From Azolla caroliniana (Eukaryota; Plantae; Polypodiophyta): DNA of 64,000 nucleotides. Made by a program: the position numbers and the translations under genes. This document shows, one piece after another, positions 10,722-21,900 of the stretch. The notes beneath the pieces were generated by a model that saw nothing but the letters and a program-made list of their open reading frames with translations, did no database searches and was not told the origin of the DNA. The stretch spans positions 620,001 through 684,000 of the forward strand of contig JBHGNT010000012.1 in the NCBI GenBank assembly GCA_043228905.1, read 5' to 3'. Within the stretch, counting starts at the first letter, position 1, and every line of letters starts with the position of its first letter.

Positions 10722-12361
10722 TCAACGAAATTTGGTGCGGTTAATGATGGGATATTTTCCGGCCGTGGGTGGATCATCAGTAGTGAATGCAAAACACCCT
10801 GCGGAACCTGGTCCAGTGTAGATAGCCAAGGGTGTGGTAAACCCCGAGTCTCGATCCTCCCACACTTTGATGAGTTCATCTTCGGTCACATAAGTAACAA
10901 GGTCCTCCCTTATAGCGACCATGCCTTCGATATCCTCATCTGATGGAGGCATATAATCCTCCTTTAATACCTTGTAATTTTCCGAAAATGAAGGATCGTT
11001 CATTCGTTGTTCTAAGGTATCGATCTTGAAGAAGTATGGTGACAAGCACACATAACCTTGGGGGATCCGATCCTCCTTCACACGCCAACAACTGTGGTCG
11101 TCCTGATAAAGGACGCTTCCATGGTCGGTCCAAATGAGCTCCCACCATTCATTTCCGGCCTCAATGGGTACTGAGTTGAGCTGAGCTTGCTCACCATCCA
11201 CAAACGATAATGTGTCTATCATTATTGAATCGTTAGGCGGACCAGGTTCTGGTCGCTGGCCTAACAAGCCGGGCCTAGGACGATGGTTCTCCAGGGACCC
11301 ATTGTACCCAACTGGTTGCATATAAAAGGAGACATGGCTTTGGGCTCGCATGAATGTGTCAAATGTGGTGTATTGACATCGTGCTGGCTGTTTTCCGATC
11401 TCCAACGATGCGTTTAGACTGTAATCAGCCTGTTGCAATTTGCAAATTCATCATAAGAACATTATGTTCAAGCATTTTGCATTCTGATTTTTTTTTTGGG
11501 AGGTTTAAATTGGAACCACAGAGGTTTTTACTTTCCCTGATTCAGATTTGGTTGTAGAAATAAACCCTAAAAAGTTTGTGGTATGTGGTATGCAGTATGT
11601 GATATGTGATATGTGTGGTATGCGGTATGCGGTATGCGGTATGCGGTATGCGGTATGCGGTATGCGGTATGCGGTATGCGGTATGCGGTATGCGTGTATA
11701 ATAACAGATCTAGAAAATCATATGGTTGATTTAAGGAAAAGTTTGTGAAATTAGTAGTTATACATACCTGTGATGGAGGGGGAGGCAGAGGTCGTGGTGC
11801 ACAAAGAGATGGAGGCAGCATTTCTGCAACCCTCATGGCAATGTTGTAAATCTCCAAAGCCACCGTTTCATTGGGCTTCAGGATGGTCCCCCTCATCTCC
11901 TTCACTTGTACCACATATTGAGCCCATTTCTGGACGTCTACTCCTTCCTCCTTGAAGGTTTTCCATGTCTCTCCCCATTGCTCAACAATGGTATCTTCAC
12001 TTTTCAGGGTGTTATTGATGTCCCTGGTATTGTAGAAGATAGGGTAGAGGCTGATGGGATCCTCATCCAGGGTTCGCTCGAACAGCCCCTCAAGCTCTAT
12101 CATTGGCCACTTGGACTCCAAGAAGTTGGGCGAAAGGACGAGCACCCCGACCTTGCAAGACTTGATCCCCTTCGCAATGTTGTCGAAAATGTTGTCACCG
12201 TACCCGATTGAGCCGCCCGAACGATCGAAGAAGACGGTGCTGTCTGGTCGGTCTCGCAATATCCTCCTCAGCTGCCTGAATAGATCTTCGACGATGAGCT
12301 TCTGCTGGCCCGAATGGCTAAGGAATATTTGGCACTCATGACCATCCAAATCCTCATCCAT
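10722..12361 (-). CDS. TIR domain plus Vps62/DUF946-like (beta-tripod) protein, copy B, 433 aa
   Basis: Exon 1 12361-11768 (IFLSHSG, VFFD, CKVGVLVLSPNFLESKWPMIEL, LYPIFY, WAQ). Phase-0 intron 11767-11430 (CAG|GTATGT...CAACAG|). Exon 2 11429-10722 (LIWTDHGS, SCWR, PQGYVCL, IREDLV, VWEDRDSG). Open frame throughout. Confidence 0.88.
11578..11694. repeat. (GCGGTAT)n heptamer microsatellite in the intron of TIR gene B
   Basis: About 10 perfect units at 11622-11691, preceded by variant units GTGGTAT, GCAGTAT and GTGATAT. Confidence 0.95.
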
Positions 12362-12447
12362 GATGATGAACAATAAGATATGATGATAATAGGATTCAAG
12401 GCAGAAGAATGAGAAGCTATGTTGAAGGACGTAGTAATAAGTGGCAT

Positions 12448-12500
12448 GCATTATAAAGGGGGGGAAGGGAGGAACAACGTGACATGTAGAAGTTGACTAA
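12448..12500 (-). promoter_or_regulatory. Core promoter of TIR gene B: TATA-like box plus W-box
   Basis: Minus-strand CTTTATAATG about 90 bp upstream of the ATG, and TTGACT at 12493-12498. The layout is conserved at copies A and E. Confidence 0.6.
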
Positions 12501-15500
12501 GTATGTCCCAAGAGTAAAGCACACTTTATTGTGTAAAAAGGCCACTCCGACAAAACATCACACTCTCATCTTTTCCATTGACATATTTCTCAATGAATCT
12601 CTTTTCGAACAATTGGGCGGGGTTTGGATCTTGATTAGACTTACTTCGGTTGTGAGCAAGTGAATACCTATTGCCAACAAACCTCAAACACTCGGATTCT
12701 ACCTTCTTCCATGCCAAGAAAGTTTATATTTATCATGTGTTGATCGATTAAACATTTGCATGCATCACACTACTACATGCATGGTGAAAGCATTGTATAG
12801 ATATTTTGAATGCTCTCAACTATGAAGGATGAATTTGTGAAGGAAATTATTACAAAGGATTATCTCCAACGAGAAACATGTATTGTTTTATTGCATGTCC
12901 ACATCAATCCAATTAATTTATACACTAGACCTTCCTTCACATGGGATGCAAAGTTAGAACTTACAACTAAACTATCAAGTATTTTTAATGGAAGAGGGTC
13001 TAATCAATGATAGACACCGTGGTGACCTATGGATTAAATTTTTATTTCATTTATGGATTGTTTTCACTAACATTCTTTTTGCAACGTAGAAAAGTTCTCT
13101 TCCTCTCCAACCAAGTGGGTTTTCTTGTACTACTTTCATAAATGGCCCAAATCATGCATCTAGGGTTGTAACTCATCCTTATCCGATTCCATTATTGTTA
13201 TTGTTTGATGTGGATAGGAAATACTCCAATATCATGCTTGAAGAAGTAATGTATAGCTCTACACCTACTTATTGACCAAGACAACTCCATTAAATGAACT
13301 TGTCACAGATTAGATACATTGTCGTTCTTCCAACAAGTCATCTCATCTATAGCTTGTCGATAGTGGCATTGGGGTTTTGGCATCAACTTGTTTCTAAAGC
13401 AACTAATTTTACTTCCCTGTGAAAACATTTGGCGTGAAGAATTAAAGAATGTTACACATTGGGAAAACGTATGAGGTATGCATCAGATGGAGCTATGACA
13501 ACCCATAGTGAGGCATCCATTAGAGAAATATTAACAGAATTAAAAATGTGGGATTCACACATTACAATCAATTGTTAACATTTAATAACGCCTATGTTAT
13601 ATTATAGATGAAGATGTGGTGGATGACAATGTTTCAAATATAGATATATTTGCTTGGTTTGTGTAGTTCTTGGTGATTTTCTATCTATAATTTCCTTCAA
13701 CATGATTGGCACACTTGAGTTGAGCTCTTAATTTCCAAAATCCAAAGAAAGGAAGAACCTTTCACTTAATGGAATCTTCATCGTATCCCCACTCAATTTT
13801 GCCCTTTGGGGCTCAACATGATTGGCACACTTGAATTGAGCTCTTAATTTCCAAAGAAAGGAAGAACCTTTCACTCAATGAAATCTTCATCGTATCCCCA
13901 CTCAATGTTGTCCTTTGGGGCAGGATATTGTCGTCCATCTTGAATTCTTTTGGAGATTTGAGGTTGAAAATGATGAAGATCATTGCTAGAGACCACTATA
14001 TCAACTTCTAAAACACAAAGGACTATGCATGATACCCATACCACTAGCTCTAAAACAATACCAAACATATATGTATTGTGAATACTTTAATTAATTCTTT
14101 GTGGCCCATGCTATACTAGTTTATCACAAGTCATTGCACACTACAACATTTTGTTATGCAACACCATGGATTCCAAGACAAAGACCCTTGGAAGAAGTCA
14201 ATAGAGAGACAAAAGCCACTTTGGAGGAACGTGTCCATGGGCACCCACAAATGATTGCTACTAACAAGAGGCGTTGTACAATGTGAGGTTAAGTGACTCG
14301 GAGCAAGTAATATGCATTAGGGGAACACATGAAGAAGTTGACGAAGTCCCAAGAGTAAGACACCCTTTATGGCATCAATCAATGTGGGAAAAGGGCAGGT
14401 TGACAACACCTCAACTTTCATCTTTTTGTTTGATACGTTGACATATTTTTCTTTCATCTTCCCATTTTTGTTTCAAATTCTATTTTCAATAAAGTGGTGG
14501 GGTTTCGAATAGAGAAACATTGGGATTATACTTATTTCGGTTATAGTAAGTGCACACCTATTACCACCAAACGTGAAACACTAGATTCTACTTTCTTCAT
14601 CCCAAGTCAATTTGCATTTGTCACTAGCAAATCTCTTAAACATTGCATGCATCACACTGATTATACAGGCAAAGGCACATTGTATACATATTTTTAATCC
14701 TCTTGACTTTGAAAAATGGATCTACTGGATCCATTTTGAAGAATCTATTTATTATAGTAAATCATCCCCAGTGAGAAACATTACATGTTTAATTGCATTA
14801 ACAAATCAATCCCATTCGATTACACACCCAACCCTCACATTGGAGCCTAAACCTCACTACTAAATCACATTTTTATAAGGAGAGATGCTTGAATCAACCA
14901 TCGATAATGTTGTTGGCAGTTGCCTATGCAAGAAGATACTTTGAACCTAATGATGATACTTCATACCTATGAATATCTCATCACCTTAATATCAATTAAA
15001 AAGTTTTATTTTCTTTGTAGATTGTTTTCATCCACATATATTTTGAATAATTCTCTTCTTCTCTAACATAATAGGTGTTCCCTTATTAGTTTAACACAAT
15101 GTGCCAATTGATGTGCATAGGACAATCCCTTATCCTTATTGTATTTCATGTACATGCTTAACTAAACCTTATCTAATTGTATCATTGTTGGTGTGTACAT
15201 GAAATACTTTAACATTATGCTTAAAAAGGTACTATATATTTCTACATGGCCTACTTGTTGAAGGAAACAACTTCATGGAATGACCTTGTCACACAATAGA
15301 TGCAATGCCAAAGATAGACAAAGAACCCAATACACCTTTGACTCAAGGTAATCTTCGACATATCCCCACTCAATGTTCTCCATCTTCAATTCTTTTGGAG
15401 ATGCAATGTTGAAAAGTTATGAAGGTCATTGCTTACCAGAGACAAGAGACAGCTATATCAACTTCTAAAACGCAATGGGCCATTCATGATACCCATATCT

Positions 15501-17470
15501 CTAGCTCTAAACCAATACCAAACAGATAAGCATTGTGTATAATTTAATTTGTGGTGGGCAATAACATTTTGTCACGCACCAACATGGACTCCAAGGATGA
15601 AGACCCTTGGAAGAGGTCAATAGAGAGACAAAAGTTGCTATGGAGAATGGTGTCCATGGGCACCCACAAACGATTGGCCCTTAAATGAGGCTAGGTACAA
15701 TGTGATGTTATGTAAGGGCCTAGGAATAGGTTGTATGCATTATAGGAACCCATGAAGAAGTTGACGAAGTCCCAAGAGTACAACACCCTTTATTGGTCAA
15801 CAATTAATGTGTGAAAAGGGCAAGGGGCGACATATCAACTCTCACAATTTGACATTTTCCTTTCAACTTGCAATTTCCGACTCCTCCAATTCTATTTACA
15901 AACAAATGGTCAAGTTTTAATAGAGAAACATTGGGATTTGACTTACAACATATCAACTCTCATCTTTTTCTTTGATACATTGATATTTTTCTTTCAACTT
16001 GCAATTTCCCACTCCACCAATTCTATTTAAGAACAATTGGTCAAGTTTTGATAGAGAAACGTTGGAATTAGACTTACAACACATCAATTAACATTGATCA
16101 TTTTCTTTCAACTTGCAATTTCACACTCCTTCAATTCTATTTACAAACAAATGGTCGAGTCTTGATAGTGAAACATTGGGATTAGGCTTACAACATATCA
16201 ACTCTCATTTTTTTCTGACACATTTATATTTTTCTTTCAACTTGCAATATCCACTCCATCAATTCTATTTATGAACAAATACTCAAGTTTTGATAGAGAA
16301 ACATTGAGATTAGACTTACTTCAGTTGTAGGTTATAAGTGCACACCTATTACTAACAAACCTCAAGCATTGGGATTCTACCTTCTAATTCAATCTCAAGT
16401 AACTTTACATTTGTCATTTAACGGCTTATTAAAGCTCAAACATTGCATGCATCAGACTAATGTATACATGCTTAAAGCGCTCTATACATATTTGTAATAC
16501 CATTAACCATGAAGATTGAATTTGTCAAGCCCATTTTAAAGAGATTTATTATTGCAGATCATCTCCAATGAGAAACATTACCTGTTTTATTGCATTGTTA
16601 GATCAATCCCATTATGTCATTGACTCAATGTTCACATGGGAGCCCAAAACTCCCTTCTACATCAAATTTTTCTAATGTGAGGTCCAGTTGAAAATCCAAT
16701 CGAAAATCGTGTTGCTTATGTGAGAAGATAATTTCACCTATTGCCAATATTTCATAACTATCAGTATCTCATCACATTTACCACCTATGGAAGGATTAAA
16801 TTTTTGTGTTTCCTTATACTTAATTTTCACCAACATGCTTCCTACAACAGACGCAAATTTTGTTTCTCCTTAACCCAGCATTCATCATAGCAATATTAAC
16901 ACAATTTAAATTGTGGGTTGACACAATACAACCAGTTGTTAAGTTTTAATAAGGCCTATGTTATACATAAATATGTGGTGGATGGATGGCTATGTTTTGA
17001 ATATAGATTTCCTTCAACATGATTAGCAAACTTGAGTTGAGCATTCAATTTCCAAAGAAAAGGAGAGAACCCAATACACTTTAAACTCAAGGTAATCGTC
17101 ATCATACCCCCACTCAACCTTACCCTTTGGAGCATGATATTGGTCTCCATCTCTTATTTGAGGCTGAAAATAAGCAAGGTCATTGCTAGAGACCCCTATA
17201 TCAACTTCTAAAACACAACATGCCATGCATAATACCAATATCTTCAACTCTAAACCAATATCAAACCGAATCGGGTTGTGCATACTTTAGTTAATTTTTT
17301 GTGGCCTAAGCTATACTGGCATACTCCAAGTTGTGGTGCACAATACCATCTTGTCATGCACCACAATGGAGTCCAAAAAGAAAGAACTTGGAAGTGATAG
17401 CAAGAGAGCCAAAGCCACTAATGATAACGGTGTCCATTGGCACCCAAACATGATTACTTCTTACAAGATG
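12480..17470. repeat. Three diverged tandem copies of a 1.4-1.9 kb non-coding module upstream of gene B
   Basis: The anchor ACATG(T)A(G)AAGTTGAC..GTCCCAAGAGTA occurs at about 12482, 14327 and 15750. Shared blocks CTATATCAACTTCTAAAAC and GTGTCCAT.GGCACCCA. Confidence 0.8.
15830..16320. repeat. Four tandem sub-repeats of about 115-130 bp within the third module
   Basis: The unit CATATCAACTCTCA...TTTCAACTTGCAATTTC...TTCTATTTA...GATAGAGAAACATTGGGATTAGACTTAC starts near 15831, 15949, 16079 and 16194. Confidence 0.85.
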
Positions 17471-18074
17471 AGCAGGAAATCCAGAGTTGGTGCCAAGACA
17501 TGATGTAGCTATTGGTGTAGGTCACAAAGAAGAGACAATGATGAAGTTATTATACACTAGTGTAGACATTTGATCATATGAAAATCTTTTAGTTACAATG
17601 ATGGGGGTTAGGATATTGAAATTAGGAATGTCAAACAATTGGGATTTGGGATTTGAATTCAAGAACAATGATTCTAAGAGAAACTAATGATAATGAGTAA
17701 AAAAGTGGATGAGGCATCGATCAAAAGAGTTGTTAAGCCTCGAAGTATCGACAACGTTGAGTGCCAATCGCAACAACTTTGAATATCATAGTTGAAGTAA
17801 TCGTGAATTCTCTTTACAAAGAATTGTGTTTTTCAAGACTATAACTTCTAAGTATGATAAGAGATTATTATAAAACTAAATTGGAAACTAGCAATTTTCA
17901 AATTTCCAAAACACCGCAAGACATGAATATGAAAGATGGAATCATTTCATTTTACTTGTTGATATCAAAACACTTGGTACACTTGGGATTGGACCCTACA
18001 GTAAAAAAACAATACACCATTATTTAAACCCCATTGCTTCACCAGCAAATGGGGGGGAACCCATCTTCCCAACA

Positions 18075-19567
18075 TCAACGAAATTTAGTGCGGTCAAGGA
18101 TCGGATATTTATCGCCAGTGGGCGGATCATAGGTAGTAAAGGCAAAACACCCATAAGAACCCGGTCCAGTGTAGATAGCCAAAGATTGCGTAGCTCCGGA
18201 GCCACTATCATCCCACACATTCAAGAGTTTCTCTGCAGACACATAATTAACAAGGTCCTCTCTTATAAGAACCATGCCTCGGACGTCTTCATTGGATGGA
18301 GGTTTATACTCCTCCTTTAAACCCAAGAGCCTACTCCTCGTCTTTTGTAAGGTGTCGATCTTGAAGAAGCACGGTGACAAGCACACAAAACCTTGGGGGA
18401 TCTTCTCGGGCCTTAAGCGCCAACAACTGTGGTCATCCGCGTAAACAACGCTTCCGCGATCGGTCCAAATGAGCTCCCACCATTCCATACCAGACCCGAT
18501 GGGCAGCGTGTTGGCTTGGACTTGCTCGCCATTCTCGAACAATAACATTTCTACTATTGTTGATTCATTGGGTAGGCCAGGTTCTGGTCTTTGGCCGAAC
18601 AAACCGGCCTTAGGACGTTGGTTCTCCTGCGGGGCATCATACCCATCTGGGTGCAAGTAAAAGGAGACATGCTTGTTGGCCCGCACCAATGAGGTCGATG
18701 TCGTGAACCGGCATCCTGCAGGATTGCTTCCGATTTCCAACAATGCAACCCGAATTGGTTTTCCCTGTTCAGATTATCATAGAAACATAAATCCATGTTT
18801 CAGTATCTATCTCAATTCCTACATGGCCAAAATTCATTTGATGCACAATGTCTCCATGATCATAACACGCACAAAATTGGTTCAAATAGAGGTGGAAATT
18901 TGCACTAAGCAAGCTAAGCCTATCATACACAAAATTTTGAGGAATGGTAATGGTGTGTGTAAGTAACATTTAAGTTAAGGAATGATGGGTGTGAAGAATT
19001 TTAGCTGAACATATATATATGTACCAGATCTGGTTGTAAGTCCCTAGGCAGCTTCATTACGATCCTCGTTGCAGCAATGTAAAGCATCGTTTCTCCGACA
19101 TTGTTAGGGACGAGGATATCTGGGCTCATCTTCCTCATTTCCACGACATATTGTGCCCATGTTTCGATGTCGACATCATCTCCGAACTTGCTCCATGTGG
19201 ATCCCCACTTGTCAAGGACCGCACTCTCACTCTTTAGGTGCTCGTCGATCGCCTTGATATCGTAGAACATAGGGTGCAGGGTCAGCATACTCGTGTCCTG
19301 GCTCCGCTCAACCAGAAGTTGGAGCTCCCGCATGGACCGGTTCGACCTCAAGAACTTGGGGGAAATGAGGAGCACCGCGATGCGGCAAGCGTCAATGGCT
19401 TCGGTCGGGATCGAACTCGTGAGGGAGCTCTCGAAGAAGATGGTGCCGGGGGCTGGGTATCTCATTCTCTTCGAGATCTCGTTGAATAGGGGTTCCGCGA
19501 TGTGTTCGCGGTGCCCCGAATGGCTGAGGAATATGAGGCACTCAGACCAGTCTTGATTGCTATCCAT
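18075..19567 (-). CDS. TIR domain plus Vps62/DUF946-like (beta-tripod) protein, copy A, 410 aa
   Basis: Exon 1 19567-19025 (IFLSHSG, IFFE, CRIAVLLISPKFLRSNRSMREL, LHPMFY, WAQ). Phase-0 intron 19024-18765 (CTG|GTACAT...AACAG|). Exon 2 18764-18075 (LIWTDRGS, SCWR, PQGFVCL, IREDLV, VWDDSGSGA). Same structure as copy B. Confidence 0.88.
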
Positions 19568-19637
19568 GATGGACAATGATGAGATAAGATGATAGGAAGC
19601 AAGGCAAAGGTTTAAATTATGTAGTAGTAAGTAGTAT

Positions 19638-19680
19638 GCATTATATAGGAGGGAACAACACATGTAGAAGTTGACTAAGT
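19638..19680 (-). promoter_or_regulatory. Core promoter of TIR gene A: TATA box plus W-box
   Basis: Minus-strand CCTATATAATG about 75 bp upstream of the ATG, and TTGACT at 19671-19676. Confidence 0.62.
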
Positions 19681-21900
19681 ATGTCCCAAAAGTAAAGCAC
19701 GCTTTATTGTGTGAAAAGGGCACTCCGACAAAACATCACACTCTATCTTTTCCATTGACATATTTCTCCACGATTCTGATTCTATTATCGAACAAGTGGT
19801 TGGGTTGTGAATCCCTATTCAAGGCACGAATCTCACTACTAAACCATGAAGTTTTTTTAATGTGAGAGGCTAGAACCATCCATAGATATTGTTGTTGTCA
19901 CTAATGGATCTCAACTTTTTATTTTCTTTATAGATTGTTTTAGACAACATTCTTTTCACAACAAAGACAAGTTTTCTACCTCTCCAACATAGCGGGGTTT
20001 CTCGTGCAACTTTCATACAATGTGCCTAGTGATCCTTGTAGGGTCATGACTCATCCTTATCCGAGTCCATTATTGTTTGATACTTAAAAGGTAATACTTT
20101 AATATTATGCCTAAAAAATTAATGTATTGTTGATCTACAACTACTTGTTGATCAAGTCAACACCATTAAATGAACTTATCACACAATGGATACATTGCCA
20201 TTTTTTCTATAAGTCATGTCATTGTAACTCATCCATAGTGGAATTAGGGTTGTCTCTAAGCCAACTAATTTTACTTCCACTTTAAAACATTTGGCATGAA
20301 GACTTACGAATGTTATACATTGGGAAAATGTATGAGGTATCCATCATATGGAGTTATGACAACCCATTGTGAATGCATAAAAATGTGGGGTTCACACAAT
20401 ACAAAAAGGCGTATATTATGTCATACTTGAATGTGTGGTGGATGATAATGTTTCAAATACAAATTATATTTACGTGGTTTGTGTAGTTCATGTGGTTTTG
20501 TATGTGTAATTTCCTTCAACATGATCAACAATTTTGGGTTGAGCACTAGATATCCAAAGAACGGGAGAGAACCCAATGCAAAATTCACTCATAGATATCT
20601 TCATCATATCCCCACTGAATGTTTACCCTTTGAAACATGATATTGTCCTCTACCTTGAATTCTTTTGGAGATTCCAAGTTGAAAATGATGAAGGTCATTG
20701 ATAGAGACCACTATATCAACTTCTAAAACACAATGGACCATGCATGAGACCCATATTTCTAGCTCTAAACCAAAACTAAACAGATATGGATTGTGCATAC
20801 TTTAATTAATTCTTTGTGGCCCAAGCTATATTAGTTTATCACAAGTTGTTGCACACTATAACATTATCTTGTGAACCACCATGGATTCCAAGGACAAAGA
20901 CCCTTGGAAGAAGTCAATATAGAGCTAAATGCCACTATGGAGAAAGGTGTCCATGGGCATCCACAAATGATTGCCCCTAATAAGAGGCAATGTACAATGT
21001 GAAGTTAAGCGACTCAAAGCATGTAGCATGCATTAGGGGAACACATGAAGAAGTTGACCAAGTCCCAAGAGTACAACACCCTTTATGGATGATCATTAAT
21101 GTGTGAAAAGGCTAGGTAGACAACATATCAACTCTCATCTTCTTTTGTGACGCATTGACATATTTTTCATTCCTCTTGCAATTCATCATTGACATGTATT
21201 TGATTGAAAATACATAAACATTAGGATTGGACTTTTTCAGTTGTGGGAAAGTGCACACCTATTATCACCAAAACTCAAACGCTAAGATTCTACTTTTTTC
21301 CAGTGCCAAGTAAGTTTACATTGCATACATCACACTAATTTATAGATAACGTATACATATTTTTAATGATCTTGATTGTGAAGAGTGAATTTGTGAAGCC
21401 CATTTTGAAGAATGTTATTATATTATATCATCTCCAAGGAAAAACATGACCTATTTTGTTGATATTTTATTGCATTAGCATATCAGTAACATTATGTTAG
21501 AGACTCGACCTTCACATAGGAGCACAAAGCTCAGTTCTGTATCAAGTTTTTCTAATGCAAGACACTTGTATCAACAATTGATAATGTTATCGATTATGTG
21601 AGAAGATACTTTGAACCTAATGATGATATTTTATAACTATCAATATCTCATCACATTTACCGGCTATCGATTGATTAAATCTTTTTATTTCTTTATAATT
21701 TGTTTTCGCCAATGTGCTTTTTGCAACAGAGACAAATTATCTTCCTCTCCAACCCATTCTAATGCCATTGATCATAGACATATTAACACAATTTAAATTG
21801 TGGGTTGATACAATACGTGCAGTTGTTGAGTTTTAATAAGACCTATGTCATACATGTGGATGACTAAATACGTGTAGTTTTTGGTAGTTGGCATGCCAAA
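19660..21900. repeat. Two further copies of the upstream module, upstream of gene A
   Basis: Anchors at about 19660 and 21042, collinear with 12480-14330 and 14330-15750. Confidence 0.8.

Noticed and set aside
12362-12451. Longer N-termini of the TIR ORFs (starts at 12451 and 19723)
   Set aside because: These starts lie at or upstream of the TATA boxes and the extensions are not conserved. Homology among copies A, B and E begins at 19567, 12361 and 1323.
10722-19567. Fragments of a canonical TIR-NB-ARC-LRR gene
   Set aside because: No P-loop, kinase-2, GLPL, MHD or LRR motifs were seen in the array, and exon 2 ends in a conserved RTKFR-stop.
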